DNA of 64,000 bases. It comes from a virus. Positions 20,059 through 29,578 of the stretch are shown here, piece after piece. The position numbers and the translations under genes are program-made. Within the stretch, counting starts at the first letter, position 1, and every line of letters starts with the position of its first letter. Below the pieces are notes generated by a model. The model was not told the origin of the DNA. It ran no database searches and was given only the letters and a program-made list of their open reading frames with translations. The stretch is from IMG/VR virus record IMGVR_UViG_3300036780_000119, positions 36,467-100,466 of that record; one strand, given 5' to 3'.

Positions 20059-20531
20059 CTGCCGCCCTCGCCGTGAATCAGGTGCAGCGGCGGGTCCTGC
20101 CCGGTCAGCTGCCGGTAGGCGGCAACGGTCAGCACCTTGCGTGGCCTGCCGGTCACACCCGGCCGGATGATCGGGTCGGGCCGGGGGACGCGGGTGCTGC
20201 TGCCACTGTTCACCGTCGAATACAGCCAGACCAGTTCCCGCATCGTGTCCACCGCCGCGGCGAGCAGCATCTGATCATGGGACCAGGGCCGCGCCGCCGG
20301 GTCTGCGTCCCCCGCCGCCTGGGCGGTGGCTTCGGGGATCTCGGTGCGGATCGCGGTCATCGTCGCCGACTCCGCGGGCAGATGCTGCACGAGCCGGCCC
20401 AGTTTCCGCCACGACAGGCGGCTGCCGGGCCGCCACAGGTCCAGCAGGTCCAGGTGGTAGTAGCGGTGCAGGTCGGCCTCTACTGCCCCGCCGTGCTCGT
20501 GGACGAGCCAGGCGAGGCGGCGGATTCCCCC
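20055..20531 (-). CDS. Tail assembly chaperone, -1 frameshift extension (GT-type)
   Basis: The -1 frame is open from the slippery site: GIRRLAWLVHEHGGAVEADLHRYYHLDLLDLW..LPAESAT. Confidence 0.85.
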   Translation of the reverse strand, partial: GGIRRLAWLVHEHGGAVEADLHRYYHLDLLDLWRPGSRLSWRKLGRLVQHLPAESATMTAIRTEIPEATAQAAGDADPAARPWSHDQMLLAAAVDTMRELVWLYSTVNSGSSTRVPRPDPIIRPGVTGRPRKVLTVAAYRQLTGQDPPLHLIHGEGGS

Positions 20532-20884
20532 TCATCCACCCCGGAATGCTCCTGCCAGGACTGCCACAGCTTGTTGTAGCCGCCGGTGCTGAGCCGGACC
20601 GCGGTGAACTTCTCCCACTGGCCGGCCAGGCCGGCTTTCAGCAGGTCGTGGATGGTGGCCTGCGCCGACATGACACCGTCGGGGCCTTCGCCGACATGCC
20701 AGTCCAGGTCGGCCATGTGCGGCATCTCGAACCGGTGGCCGCCGAGAGTGAAAACGAACGGCTCCCGCAGCGCCTCCGCCTGCCAGATGTCCAGGTCAAG
20801 CGCCACCGGCAGCCCGTTTCTCTTGTTTTCCAGTGGCGTGCCGTGGTTCTGCGGGCTGCGGGCCCTGGCGGATGTTCCTGCCAT
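20480..20884 (-). CDS. Tail assembly chaperone
   Basis: Lies between major tail and TMP; ends shortly after the slippery site. Confidence 0.85.
   Translation of the reverse strand: MAGTSARARSPQNHGTPLENKRNGLPVALDLDIWQAEALREPFVFTLGGHRFEMPHMADLDWHVGEGPDGVMSAQATIHDLLKAGLAGQWEKFTAVRLSTGGYNKLWQSWQEHSGVDEGESAASPGSSTSTAGQ
20525..20531 (-). other. Programmed -1 ribosomal frameshift site GGGGGAA
   Basis: GAG GGG GAA near the 3' end of the first chaperone ORF; canonical position and heptamer for actinophage tail chaperones. Confidence 0.85.
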
Positions 20885-20898
20885 AGGTCAGGCCTCTC

Positions 20899-21495
20899 TC
20901 AGGAGTTGGTCGCGGCCGGGGTGACCGGCGCGTTGTCGAGCCGGTAGCAGGTGACCCCGGCGTTGTCGGGGTAGCAGGTCAGGGTGCAGTCGAACTTGGC
21001 GACGTCGTTCTGGCTGTAGGCCACGTTCGCCCGGGTGGTGACCTCACCGACCGGGACGTAGAACTGCTGGAGGGTGGGCCCGTCGGCGAGCCGGAACAGC
21101 CACGCCCGCCGGTCAGGCACCGGCGTTGGCGAGTCCGCGACAGTGCGCAGCCCGGTGGTGCGGGTCAGCGACGACAGCGGCACCCGGAACATGACCGACT
21201 GGCAAATGTCCCGTTCGGCTTCGAGCATGACCACCTGGAACGTTTTCGCCTGCTCCGTGTACAAAACACGAAAGGGTGTCAGAATGCCAATGGCCATGAC
21301 ATTCGTGGTGGTTTCGGAAAAGCCTTCGGTGATGCCGGTCTGGTCACATGCGCCGACCGGGATCCACGACGCCGACGGGACGGTGGACGGGTCAGCGGGC
21401 GCGCCGGGCGGATCCCCGGCATAGTCCACGGTGAATGCGACAGCATTGCCCGCGTTGAGGGTAAGCGCCTCGTCACGGTCGACAACGAACGTCAT
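20899..21495 (-). CDS. Major tail protein
   Basis: Strong RBS (GGAAAGG); position; tail-tube-like beta pattern. Confidence 0.85.
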   Translation of the reverse strand: MTFVVDRDEALTLNAGNAVAFTVDYAGDPPGAPADPSTVPSASWIPVGACDQTGITEGFSETTTNVMAIGILTPFRVLYTEQAKTFQVVMLEAERDICQSVMFRVPLSSLTRTTGLRTVADSPTPVPDRRAWLFRLADGPTLQQFYVPVGEVTTRANVAYSQNDVAKFDCTLTCYPDNAGVTCYRLDNAPVTPAATNS

Positions 21496-21513
21496 AATGG
21501 ATCGCCTTTCCTG

Positions 21514-21942
21514 TTATGCGGGCGCTGGGTGCAGATAGATTTCGTAGGTGGCGGTGCTGCGGCGCACATCCAGGTCCTGGTAGGTCATCCAGCCGGGGCC
21601 TTTGATGGTGTTGACCAGGCCGATGACGGCACCGCCGGTTACCGCGCCGGTCAGGTAGCGGGTGAGCAGAAGGTGGGCCTGCCGGCCCAGCAGCGACGCG
21701 CCGATCCGGTCGGCGGCGAACGCGTCCACGTCCACGATGGGCCGGTCGAGGATGCCTTCGAGGTCGCTGCCGCTGCTGCGGGCGACCGCCACGAGAGGCA
21801 CCGCACTGGCCAGGCCGGCGGGGGTTTCAGTGCAGGTGCGGACCGTGGCCGCGTACCGGGTGGTGAACTGGGCGGCCAGCCACGGCACCAGCACGGCCTC
21901 GATGTCGGGGAACAGCGCCGGCGCGGGAACCGGGGTGGTCAA
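21514..21942 (-). CDS. Tail terminator
   Basis: FPDIEAVLVPWL..PLVAVARSSG..DRPIVDVDAF motif; position. Confidence 0.8.
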   Translation of the reverse strand: MTTPVPAPALFPDIEAVLVPWLAAQFTTRYAATVRTCTETPAGLASAVPLVAVARSSGSDLEGILDRPIVDVDAFAADRIGASLLGRQAHLLLTRYLTGAVTGGAVIGLVNTIKGPGWMTYQDLDVRRSTATYEIYLHPAPA

Positions 21943-22292
21943 GCCGCGCCCCCGGCCGCCTGGAGCAGGGCAATGAGCAGCGTGTGATACCGCTGAATGT
22001 TTTTGTTGCCGTACTCGATGAACAGCGCTTCGGGGGCGTCGTTTTCCACCGTGGCCCAGGCCCGGTCGCTCAGCACGCGTGCGCCCGGCATCCCGGACAG
22101 GCCGTGATGCAGCCGGAACGATTCCTTGTAGCGGCCCCTGTGCGGGTCGTCGCCGCCGCCGACGGGTGCCTGCGCGATGGCCTGCGCCATGACAGCTTCC
22201 ATGCGGCGCACCATGTCGGCTTCCATGTCGGGGGTGCGGAGCAGTTCACCGACTGCGGCCTTGTCGAAATCGATGGACGTGACCTTGGCCAT
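21939..22292 (-). CDS. HK97 gp10-like neck/tail completion protein
   Basis: APV..GRYKESF..A.FIEYG motif. Confidence 0.8.
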   Translation of the reverse strand: MAKVTSIDFDKAAVGELLRTPDMEADMVRRMEAVMAQAIAQAPVGGGDDPHRGRYKESFRLHHGLSGMPGARVLSDRAWATVENDAPEALFIEYGNKNIQRYHTLLIALLQAAGGAA

Positions 22293-22309
22293 GGAAAACG
22301 CACCCCCGG

Positions 22310-22699
22310 TCAGCCGGTGATTTTGATCAGTTCCACTTGCACGCATGCGGCGACGCCGGTGAAAGGTGACGTGTAGCTGCCGGGGACGCCGGCGACGCGC
22401 CACGTTTCGCCGCCGATCAGCACCTCATCGAGATCCCCAACCGGGGTGCCGGGCGGCAGGAACATCGTGTAACCGGCCGCGATGATGACTTCGCCTTGCA
22501 GTTCCTCAGCGAACGAGGAGCCGCGGGTGGCGCGGGGCGCGAGTTTCATCTGCAGCGGCACCAGGACGGCCTGCACCTGGAAGGAGGTTGTGACCGTGTA
22601 CACGTCGTTGCCGAGGTCGTCGGTGCCGGTGACGCCGCGCCGCTGGATGGTGACCGGGGTGCCGCCGGGCCAGTTGGAGGTGAGCGCGGGTGTGCTCAC
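22310..22699 (-). CDS. Head-to-tail stopper
   Basis: DDLGN..DEVLIGGETWRVAGVP..SPFTG motif. Confidence 0.8.
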   Translation of the reverse strand: MSTPALTSNWPGGTPVTIQRRGVTGTDDLGNDVYTVTTSFQVQAVLVPLQMKLAPRATRGSSFAEELQGEVIIAAGYTMFLPPGTPVGDLDEVLIGGETWRVAGVPGSYTSPFTGVAACVQVELIKITG

Positions 22700-22702
22700 C
22701 TG

Positions 22703-23314
22703 TCAGGCCCTCCGCCACAGCGACACCGGTTGCGCGGCCGGGGACGTGTGCAGCGACCAGCCCGCAGGAGGGTCTAGTGGCTCCAGCCCGCATGCCCGCG
22801 CCACTGCGAGCCGCCGGGCCCGGTCCCAGGTGGTGACACCTATCCAGGTCGCCGCCTCGCACGGGTACGGGCTGACCGGCCAGTCGAGTGCCAGCACGCC
22901 ACCGGGGCGCACCGCTCCGGCGAGAGCAGCGGTGATGCGGGCGCCGTCGTCCCAGCTGTGATGGATCAGGACCGCCAGGCATATGGCCGCATCCACCTCG
23001 AACCCGGCGAGCGCGGTGCCCTGGGTGAGGGCAACCGGAATGTGGGGTGCCCGGCGGGTCAGTTCGCGGAGCATTCTCGCGGACGCGTCGGCGGCGGTCA
23101 CGTCGTAGCCGAGCGCGGCGAGGGGGATGGTTACCCGGCCGTCGCCGCAGCCGAAGTCGATCACGCTCCAGTCAGCGGGGAGCAGCTTCGCGAGATGGCG
23201 TGCCTGGGCGGCACCGGACGCCCAGTAGGCGTCCTCAGAGACGTGTTCCCGGGTGGGGTGGATGCACGCCAGGTCCGCTTCGTCCCACGCCTGGATGACC
23301 GACTGGAAGGTCAC
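22703..23314 (-). CDS. Class I SAM-dependent methyltransferase
   Basis: VIDFGCGDGR motif I; AVLIH; RPGG. Confidence 0.9.
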   Translation of the reverse strand: MTFQSVIQAWDEADLACIHPTREHVSEDAYWASGAAQARHLAKLLPADWSVIDFGCGDGRVTIPLAALGYDVTAADASARMLRELTRRAPHIPVALTQGTALAGFEVDAAICLAVLIHHSWDDGARITAALAGAVRPGGVLALDWPVSPYPCEAATWIGVTTWDRARRLAVARACGLEPLDPPAGWSLHTSPAAQPVSLWRRA

Positions 23315-24276
23315 GGCGCGAGCGCCTCAACGGCGCGGCACCACGCCTCCAGTTCCCCGGCCGGGTCGAGTTCGGCGTACCGTTTCTGCGCCGCCTCGGA
23401 GGCTTTGAGCCACGCAGCGGGTTTGGCCAGCCGCCGGATCTGGGTGACCCATTCGGCTGGGTTGTCCCGGCTGGCCCAGATGGCCGCGCCGCCGAGGTTC
23501 TCCACCAGGGCGCCTTCGGCCTGGTGGGCGATGACGGGGATGCCCGAGCACATGGCTTCGGTGGCGACGCGGCCCCAGCTTTCGTAGTTTGAGGGGACCA
23601 TGAGGATGCGGGTGCGGGCATACACGTCGTCACGCATCAGGCGGCCGTCCATGCAGTCCAGGACGGTCACGTTCGGCGGCACCACGGGGGGGATGACCTG
23701 CTCGCCGTAGGAGCCTTTGACGGCGAGGAACCCGGTGCCCGGCATCTGCCGGGCAACCTCCCAGAACAGTGGGGCGCCTTTGCCGGGGGTGAGGTTGATC
23801 TGGGTGACCAGGGTGCCCGGGGTGGTCTGGTAGGTGCCGGCGTCGACCGGTGGCCGCACCAGGACGGTGGTGCCGGCCCAGGAAAGCTGGCTGGCCATCC
23901 ATTCGCTGTTCACCACGGCGAGGGCCGGGCTGGCGGCCGGCAGCAGTTCGGCGTCGCGGCGGGTGTTGTGCAGCACCAGCACCAGCGGGACGCCGTAGCC
24001 GCGGGCCAGGTCGGCAACCGGGACGGTGTTGTTCAGGTGGGTGACGTACACGTCGGGGCGCGGCCCGGCCGGGATGCTGCCCGGTGGCAGCACCCGCACC
24101 CCGTCCAGGGTCCACGGGTCTGGGTGGGCGGGCACCGGCTGGCTCAGCCGCACCTCCACCCGGTGGCCCCGGGCCGCGAGGGCGGCGAGCATCGGCGCCA
24201 GCATCCATTCCGCGCCGGCGTTGGTGGCCGGCGGGAACCCGTGCACCTGCGCAACCACATGCAGCCGCCGGGTCAC
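23311..24276 (-). CDS. Glycosyltransferase family 4 (GT-B)
   Basis: PPATNAGAE; NSEW; PSNYESWGRVATEAMCSGIPVI (EX7E motif). Confidence 0.9.
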   Translation of the reverse strand: MTRRLHVVAQVHGFPPATNAGAEWMLAPMLAALAARGHRVEVRLSQPVPAHPDPWTLDGVRVLPPGSIPAGPRPDVYVTHLNNTVPVADLARGYGVPLVLVLHNTRRDAELLPAASPALAVVNSEWMASQLSWAGTTVLVRPPVDAGTYQTTPGTLVTQINLTPGKGAPLFWEVARQMPGTGFLAVKGSYGEQVIPPVVPPNVTVLDCMDGRLMRDDVYARTRILMVPSNYESWGRVATEAMCSGIPVIAHQAEGALVENLGGAAIWASRDNPAEWVTQIRRLAKPAAWLKASEAAQKRYAELDPAGELEAWCRAVEALAP

Positions 24277-24905
24277 CGCAGTCCCGTCTGGATCGTGTTC
24301 ACCTTGTCGCGGAAGTCGTCCAGGATGGCCAGGTCAGCCTGCGACAGTGCCACCGCGACGCCGCCGCCGCCGGCCTCCAGCCGGTAGGAGTAGGGGCCGA
24401 TGGTTTCGCCGATGACCCCGGCCGCGGCGGTGGGTGCGGTGAGCACGGCGAGGGCGGCGTTCGCGCACACCATCACCACCTCGTCGGGCACCTGCGGGTA
24501 GCCGTAGCTGTAGGTGACGCGGAACGTCTGCGGGTACAGGTCGCTGGTCCACCAGATTTCCGGCAGGTTGATGATCCCGGTGCCCGGCGACATGCGGATG
24601 GTGCGGATCCCGTCGAACGTGTACCAGGGGATGGGCACGTCGGGCAGGCCCATCCCGCCGCCGATCGCCACCACCGCCGAGACGGACTGCACCGGGTACT
24701 GGGGCAGCCAGATCATGCTGTCGTGCCCGTGCAGCACCTGCGTTTCGCTGGTGTGCAGGAGGAAGTCCCGGCGGCAGTACCTGCGGATCTGGGCGGACGC
24801 GTCGGCGAGCAGCGCACCGAGCCGGGCGTTTTCCGCCTCGGTGATGTTGCGGCCGAGCCGGGCGGCCACGTCGGTTGGTGTGGCGAGAGGAGGCAGCGAG
24901 GACAT
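24273..24905 (-). CDS. Head-to-tail adaptor
   Basis: LATPTDVAARLGR..LLADASAQIRRY..VTYSYGY..ETIGPYSY. Confidence 0.85.
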   Translation of the reverse strand: MSSLPPLATPTDVAARLGRNITEAENARLGALLADASAQIRRYCRRDFLLHTSETQVLHGHDSMIWLPQYPVQSVSAVVAIGGGMGLPDVPIPWYTFDGIRTIRMSPGTGIINLPEIWWTSDLYPQTFRVTYSYGYPQVPDEVVMVCANAALAVLTAPTAAAGVIGETIGPYSYRLEAGGGGVAVALSQADLAILDDFRDKVNTIQTGLR

Positions 24906-25007
24906 GGCCCAACCCCCGTAAACGTTGCTCGTGAGAAGCTGCCGGGCACGGTTCACCGGCGAGACGCGCAGCAGACCCGGGAAGGAGGCTGCTCCCGGCA
25001 GCCGTTT

Positions 25008-25676
25008 CTAGAACGCGACGACCTGCACCGCGCTGCCGAGGGTGGCGAACCCCTGCAAGGTGTCACCCGGGCTGAGGAACACCCCTTCCTCCGCCAGCCG
25101 CGGGTCATCCAGCGCCGAGTACGCCCACGACCCCTGCAAGGTGACAGCGGCGGCGACGGTTTCGGTCACGCCGGAAATGGCCCGCACGATCGTGAGGGTC
25201 ACGTTCGCGTTCGCGCCCGACGTGTTCTGCACCGGCGGTGCCGCACCCGTGCCGCTGGGCGGCGCGGTCAGGGTGAGGCCGGTCCCGATCGCGGTTGGCG
25301 AACCCGCCGCCTGCTGCCGGGTCAGGCCGGTCCCGTTAACCTGGGAAACGTAGGCGTACCAGCCGGTCGCGCCGGTGGAGGCTCCCGGCGACGACACGGT
25401 CAGTGTGGATGTGCTGCCGGTGGTCACCTGCGTCTTCGCCGCCGACGGGGTTGTCTCGCCGCTGGCTGTCACGTACGTGACCTCCACCGTGTACGTTCCC
25501 GCCGCCACCGTGCCGCCCGTCGTCGCCGTGCTCGTGGACGGCTGGGCAGGTGCCGCAAGGTCGGTGCTGCTGACCGCGACCAGGCTGGAGAACGCCGTCT
25601 CCCCGCCTGCGGGTGCCGTGTACAGCGTCGCGTTGGAGGTGGTGAGAGTCCCGTTGTACAGGACCGGCGCAGTCAT
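25008..25676 (-). CDS. Putative capsid decoration protein, long paralog
   Basis: Both ends align with 25680-26009; about 110-aa central insertion. Confidence 0.65.
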   Translation of the reverse strand: MTAPVLYNGTLTTSNATLYTAPAGGETAFSSLVAVSSTDLAAPAQPSTSTATTGGTVAAGTYTVEVTYVTASGETTPSAAKTQVTTGSTSTLTVSSPGASTGATGWYAYVSQVNGTGLTRQQAAGSPTAIGTGLTLTAPPSGTGAAPPVQNTSGANANVTLTIVRAISGVTETVAAAVTLQGSWAYSALDDPRLAEEGVFLSPGDTLQGFATLGSAVQVVAF

Positions 25677-25679
25677 CGG

Positions 25680-26009
25680 CTAGAACGCGGTGACGGTGAC
25701 CGCGGTCGCGGTGCCAGCCGAGCCGTGCAGGCTGTCGCCCGGTTCCAGCTCGACCTCTTCGAGGGCAAGCCGCGGGTCGTCCAGCAGCGACACCGCCGAC
25801 AGGGTCGGGATCGACAGGGCCGCGCAGATGGTCTCCACGTCCGTGCTGATGGACCGGTGCACGCTCAGGGAGAGCGTGACCGCGGCGCCGGTGGCGTTCA
25901 CCGCGACCAGGCTGGCGAACGTCTTCGCCGACCCGGAGGCGGTGTAGAGGGCCGCGTCGGAGGTGCCGGGCTGCCCGTTGTACAGGTATGCGGTGGGGGT
26001 TGCGGTCAT
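25680..26009 (-). CDS. Putative capsid decoration protein, short paralog
   Basis: Directly after the capsid gene; LYNG..LYTA..LDDPRL..LEPGDSL. Confidence 0.65.
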   Translation of the reverse strand: MTATPTAYLYNGQPGTSDAALYTASGSAKTFASLVAVNATGAAVTLSLSVHRSISTDVETICAALSIPTLSAVSLLDDPRLALEEVELEPGDSLHGSAGTATAVTVTAF

Positions 26010-26072
26010 GACGGTGTGTTCCTTTCGTGCCGCTCACGCGGCGCTGAAATACCAGGGCCGGGAAAGGCGCGG

Positions 26073-27068
26073 TCAGGAGACGCCGTGAGTGGTCACGACA
26101 CCGAACGGGAACCGCTGGGTGATGGTCTTGGAACGCTGCAGGATGGTCACCGGGTTGACCGTGGCATAGGCGAGCCGCATAACGAGCCGCATGGCGACAG
26201 CGTCCTGCTGCATCAGGTTCAGGACCACGTTTCCGGAATCATCCGAAATGACACCTTCGGTGAACAGCTTGAAGGTCATATCCTGGCGGATGCCGATGAT
26301 TGCCTTGCCGAAGTCACCGGCCAGCAGTTGCGCTTTCGACGCATCCCACGACCCGTTTTCGATCATGCTGATCGGGTAGCCGTACAGGCTGGGCATGCCC
26401 GGCACGGCACCCTGGGGCTGGATGGCGTTCGCGGCGAAGATCGGCACACCGGAACCAGAGGACCGCAGGCCCATCAGCTTCCAGTTCAGCCCAGGCCGGC
26501 CGGCGAACCCGTTGATGTTGTAGCCGGTGTTGGACATCAGGTCGCCGAGCGCGGTGACGGTGACACCGAAGTCGTCGGCGGCGGTGGTGCCGTCGTCGGT
26601 GTACCCGTCCTGGATGATGTTCCCGGCGCCGTGCGCGGCGGTGTAAATGTCGGTGCCCCAGGTGGCTGGCTTGTTCACGCCGAACAGCACAGCGGAGTCG
26701 ATCAGCGCGCCGAGCGCCTCAACCATGCGGGGCTGCACCTCAGACCAGATCGGCACGTCCGCGTCGGCCAGGTACGCCTCTGGGACGGGGATGATCGTCG
26801 CGGCTTCTTCCACGACGAGGGTGACGTTTTTCCATTCCTGGGTGCTGGTCTGCTTCATGCCGGTGTCGCCGCCGACCCAGTAGGCCATCGGCAGCACGTC
26901 CAGCACGGGCAGCCGCTGCGTCTTAGACGACAGGTTGGCCCGCCGCATGAGGGTCAGCGCGGAGCTGGCTTTCGGCAGTTCCTGGATGATCTGTGCCGAC
27001 AGGGGTTCGGGGACGAGGGCGTCCGAACCCGGGCTGGTGCGGGCAATGATGTCCGTGTAGTCGGGCAT
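26073..27068 (-). CDS. Major capsid protein (HK97 fold)
   Basis: LVPEPLSAQII..AYWVG..IDSAVLFG..GDF..NLMQQDAVAMR. Confidence 0.95.
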   Translation of the reverse strand: MPDYTDIIARTSPGSDALVPEPLSAQIIQELPKASSALTLMRRANLSSKTQRLPVLDVLPMAYWVGGDTGMKQTSTQEWKNVTLVVEEAATIIPVPEAYLADADVPIWSEVQPRMVEALGALIDSAVLFGVNKPATWGTDIYTAAHGAGNIIQDGYTDDGTTAADDFGVTVTALGDLMSNTGYNINGFAGRPGLNWKLMGLRSSGSGVPIFAANAIQPQGAVPGMPSLYGYPISMIENGSWDASKAQLLAGDFGKAIIGIRQDMTFKLFTEGVISDDSGNVVLNLMQQDAVAMRLVMRLAYATVNPVTILQRSKTITQRFPFGVVTTHGVS

Positions 27069-27130
27069 TGCTGCGTTACCTCACTTCTAGTGCAGGCAGC
27101 CGGATCCACACGGGTGTCCGCTGCGTGGCG

Positions 27131-27826
27131 TTACTGCCGTTTGGCGTTGAGGAGTTCCCGGAACCATGCGTTGGCGTCCCGGGGTTTGTTGTCGCTGGCT
27201 GGCAGGGCGCCGGGGCGCAGCGACTCGACGGGGCCGCGGTATCCGGCACCGCCCGGTGGGCTGGTGGTGGGGTTTGCCTTGGCCTGCGCGGCGGCGAGCA
27301 CAGCGGCGCGTTCGTTGATCGCGGCGGCGAGCGTCTCCGCGGAGGCGTTGATCTCGTCTTCGCTGCCGCCGTGCACCTTGTCGATCAGGTCTGGCGGCAG
27401 GTCGTAGCGGGCGCAGGCGAGGGTGCGGTGGTAGAGGCTTTCCGCCTCGGTGGCGCGTTTTTCCGCCTGGATGGCCCGGTCGCTGGCCCGCTGCACCTCG
27501 GTCTTGTTGGCGTCCTCGAACTCTTTGAGTTTCGACGCGGCGCCCGAGTTTTCCTTGGCGCGGGTTTCCCAGGTGCGCGAATGCCGTTTCATGTCGGCGA
27601 GCTGCTTTTCCAGCCGCTTCACCTGCGCGGCCGGATCATCCCCGGCACCGTTATCGTCGTCGCCGTTGCCGCTGGTGGCGTCGGCGAGCATCTGCTCGGG
27701 GCTGCGGCCATCGGCTGCGTCCCCGCCGGCGGCGGTGGCCGGGTCCTGACCCTGACCGTGGCCCTGGGGGGTGGTGTCGTTGCTGGCGCTGTCCATTGCG
27801 GTGCCGGCGCCGGCGTCGTCTGCCAT
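27131..27826 (-). CDS. Scaffolding protein
   Basis: Acidic N-terminus, SRTWETRAKEN, EDANKTE coiled coil, VESLRPG. Confidence 0.9.
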   Translation of the reverse strand: MADDAGAGTAMDSASNDTTPQGHGQGQDPATAAGGDAADGRSPEQMLADATSGNGDDDNGAGDDPAAQVKRLEKQLADMKRHSRTWETRAKENSGAASKLKEFEDANKTEVQRASDRAIQAEKRATEAESLYHRTLACARYDLPPDLIDKVHGGSEDEINASAETLAAAINERAAVLAAAQAKANPTTSPPGGAGYRGPVESLRPGALPASDNKPRDANAWFRELLNAKRQ

Positions 27827-27903
27827 GGTGGTTCTCCCGTTCCGGGCATGAGAAAGGGCACCTGCCGTCGCGGCCGGTGCCCTGGAAAAGAGGAGGGGTG
27901 GTG

Positions 27904-28467
27904 TCAGGCGGCTTTCTTGCGGGCGAAGATGCGCTGCGCGGTGGGGCTCAGCGGCTTGCCGGGCAGCGATTTCTTCTGCCGGCCGCCTTTGGTCCAGTAG
28001 TCGTGGTCGGTGTCCCCAGCGGGGGTGGCGTCGTTGTCGCCGTCATGGTCGGGGTCCACCCGCTTACTGGCGGCGGTACTGCCGCTCCGGCTGGAAGAGG
28101 TGCCGGAGCTGCTGGAGTCATCACCCCCGTCCTTGAGCGACCCGTCACCCGCCCACGAGTCCGGGATCTTGCTGGTCAGGCCAAGCGCCTTGGCGCGGCT
28201 GATGATGTACCGGCGCACCTTGGACCGGGCCGCGCCGGTGTTGGGCCGGACCCGGCCCACCGCCCGGATCGCGTTGTCCAGGTCGCCGCCGTTGCGGATC
28301 GGGAACGACGGATTACCCTGGGCGTTTCTGACCGCCTTGCCCTGGGATTGCAGCTTCCGCATGGTCGCCGCGTCGGGAGTGGCCATCTTCGTTCTGCCTT
28401 TCAGTGGTTCTGGGACAAGCGGGTCAGAGCCGGGTGAGCGGCTGATCGACTGGCCGTAGCCGGCCAC
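27904..28467 (-). CDS. Head-module protein with DUF6582-like domain and capsid-like N-terminal peptide
   Basis: SFPIRNGGDLDNAIRAVGR..IISRAKALG..IPDSW; GTG 28467 with GGAGG RBS; alternative ATG 28386. Confidence 0.7.
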   Translation of the reverse strand: MAGYGQSISRSPGSDPLVPEPLKGRTKMATPDAATMRKLQSQGKAVRNAQGNPSFPIRNGGDLDNAIRAVGRVRPNTGAARSKVRRYIISRAKALGLTSKIPDSWAGDGSLKDGGDDSSSSGTSSSRSGSTAASKRVDPDHDGDNDATPAGDTDHDYWTKGGRQKKSLPGKPLSPTAQRIFARKKAA

Positions 28468-28606
28468 CGGCACCTCCCTGCAGCGCGTGCTCAATGCACA
28501 GCCACCGGCCGGCGACGCGGGCGATCATGTGACCGGGGCGGATGTAACAGCCGCAGGCGAGGGTGGAGGATTTGCGGGCCTTGCGGACCCGGTCGGCGCG
28601 GGGCAT
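28424..28606 (-). CDS. Small Cys/His (zinc-binding) hypothetical protein
   Basis: CGC..WLCIEH; fills the gap in the operon. Confidence 0.5.
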   Translation of the reverse strand: MPRADRVRKARKSSTLACGCYIRPGHMIARVAGRWLCIEHALQGGAGGRLRPVDQPLTRL

Positions 28607-28636
28607 GACACACCACCACCCCCAGCCGTGTGGGTG

Positions 28637-29575
28637 TCAGGCGGCGGGCAGCACCCGGATGCCGTCGCGGCTGGTTTTCCTGTCCCAGTACCGGCGCCAC
28701 GCAAGGAACGCGTCGTGCCTGCCGAACCCTTTCGTGACGTCTTTCCACTGCTCGTACAGGTCGTTGTGTTTCAGCGCCTCAGCGTCCCGTTCGGAGAAAA
28801 CAGGCTGCGGTGTGCATTTGCACAGGTTGTGCCAGAACGCCATCGCGGTCGCCTCGGACTTATACACCGGCCCCCTGGACGCGAGCATGCTGCAGAACGC
28901 GCACGGGCCGGTGCGGCTGCTGCCGAGAACCCGCATCCACGCCACCGCCTTGCTGTCTTTCTGCACGAGGGTGACGATGGCCTGCCGGGCGCCGTTCTGG
29001 ATCAGCCTGGTCGCTGCGCCGCTCATCACAACACCGGTGTTTTCCGCGGCCTGCGGCAGCGGCTGCCCCTGCTGGATCCGGGCCAGCAGCGCGAACGGCC
29101 CGGTGGAGTCGAGCGTGGCGGTGATCAGCGGCTGCGGCGGCGGCGGGATGCTCACCAGCGGCGGCACCGGCACAGCCGCCTGGGCGGCGGCGCGGGCGGA
29201 CTCGGCGACGGCGTGGGCGTAGGCGGCCTGGTCGAGCCGGGCCGCAGCGGCCAGGGTGGGCGACACCGGCAGCACCGTCACCACGGGCGCCGGGCCGGGC
29301 ACACCCGCAGCCGAGCGGGCCTGCGCGTAATACTGGCCGCCGGCGGCGGCGGACAGGGCGAACCGGTCACCGATCAGGCCGGCGATGCCGGTCCGCAGCA
29401 CCGGCCAGGACGCTTTGATGTCCCGCAGGTCCAGTTGCTGCCAGATGGCCAGCACGTCCCGGATGGCCACCGCCGCCATCAGCGCCTGCGCGGAATGGAA
29501 CCCGGCGGCCAGCGACGCCGACGCGGCGGCTGACGCGGTCGGGTAGCCCTGCTGCTGCTGGGGGGGTGTGGTCAC
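28637..29575 (-). CDS. MuF-like minor capsid / head morphogenesis protein
   Basis: CAFCSMLASRGPVY..HNLCKC motif after the portal gene. Confidence 0.85.
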   Translation of the reverse strand: MTTPPQQQQGYPTASAAASASLAAGFHSAQALMAAVAIRDVLAIWQQLDLRDIKASWPVLRTGIAGLIGDRFALSAAAGGQYYAQARSAAGVPGPAPVVTVLPVSPTLAAAARLDQAAYAHAVAESARAAAQAAVPVPPLVSIPPPPQPLITATLDSTGPFALLARIQQGQPLPQAAENTGVVMSGAATRLIQNGARQAIVTLVQKDSKAVAWMRVLGSSRTGPCAFCSMLASRGPVYKSEATAMAFWHNLCKCTPQPVFSERDAEALKHNDLYEQWKDVTKGFGRHDAFLAWRRYWDRKTSRDGIRVLPAA

Positions 29576-29578
29576 CGG

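Noticed and set aside
6768-27407. Long plus-strand ORFs (6768-9392, 16653-19787, 24084-27407 and similar)
   Set aside because: Antisense shadows of real high-GC3 minus-strand genes; Arg/Gly/His-rich translations with no motifs.
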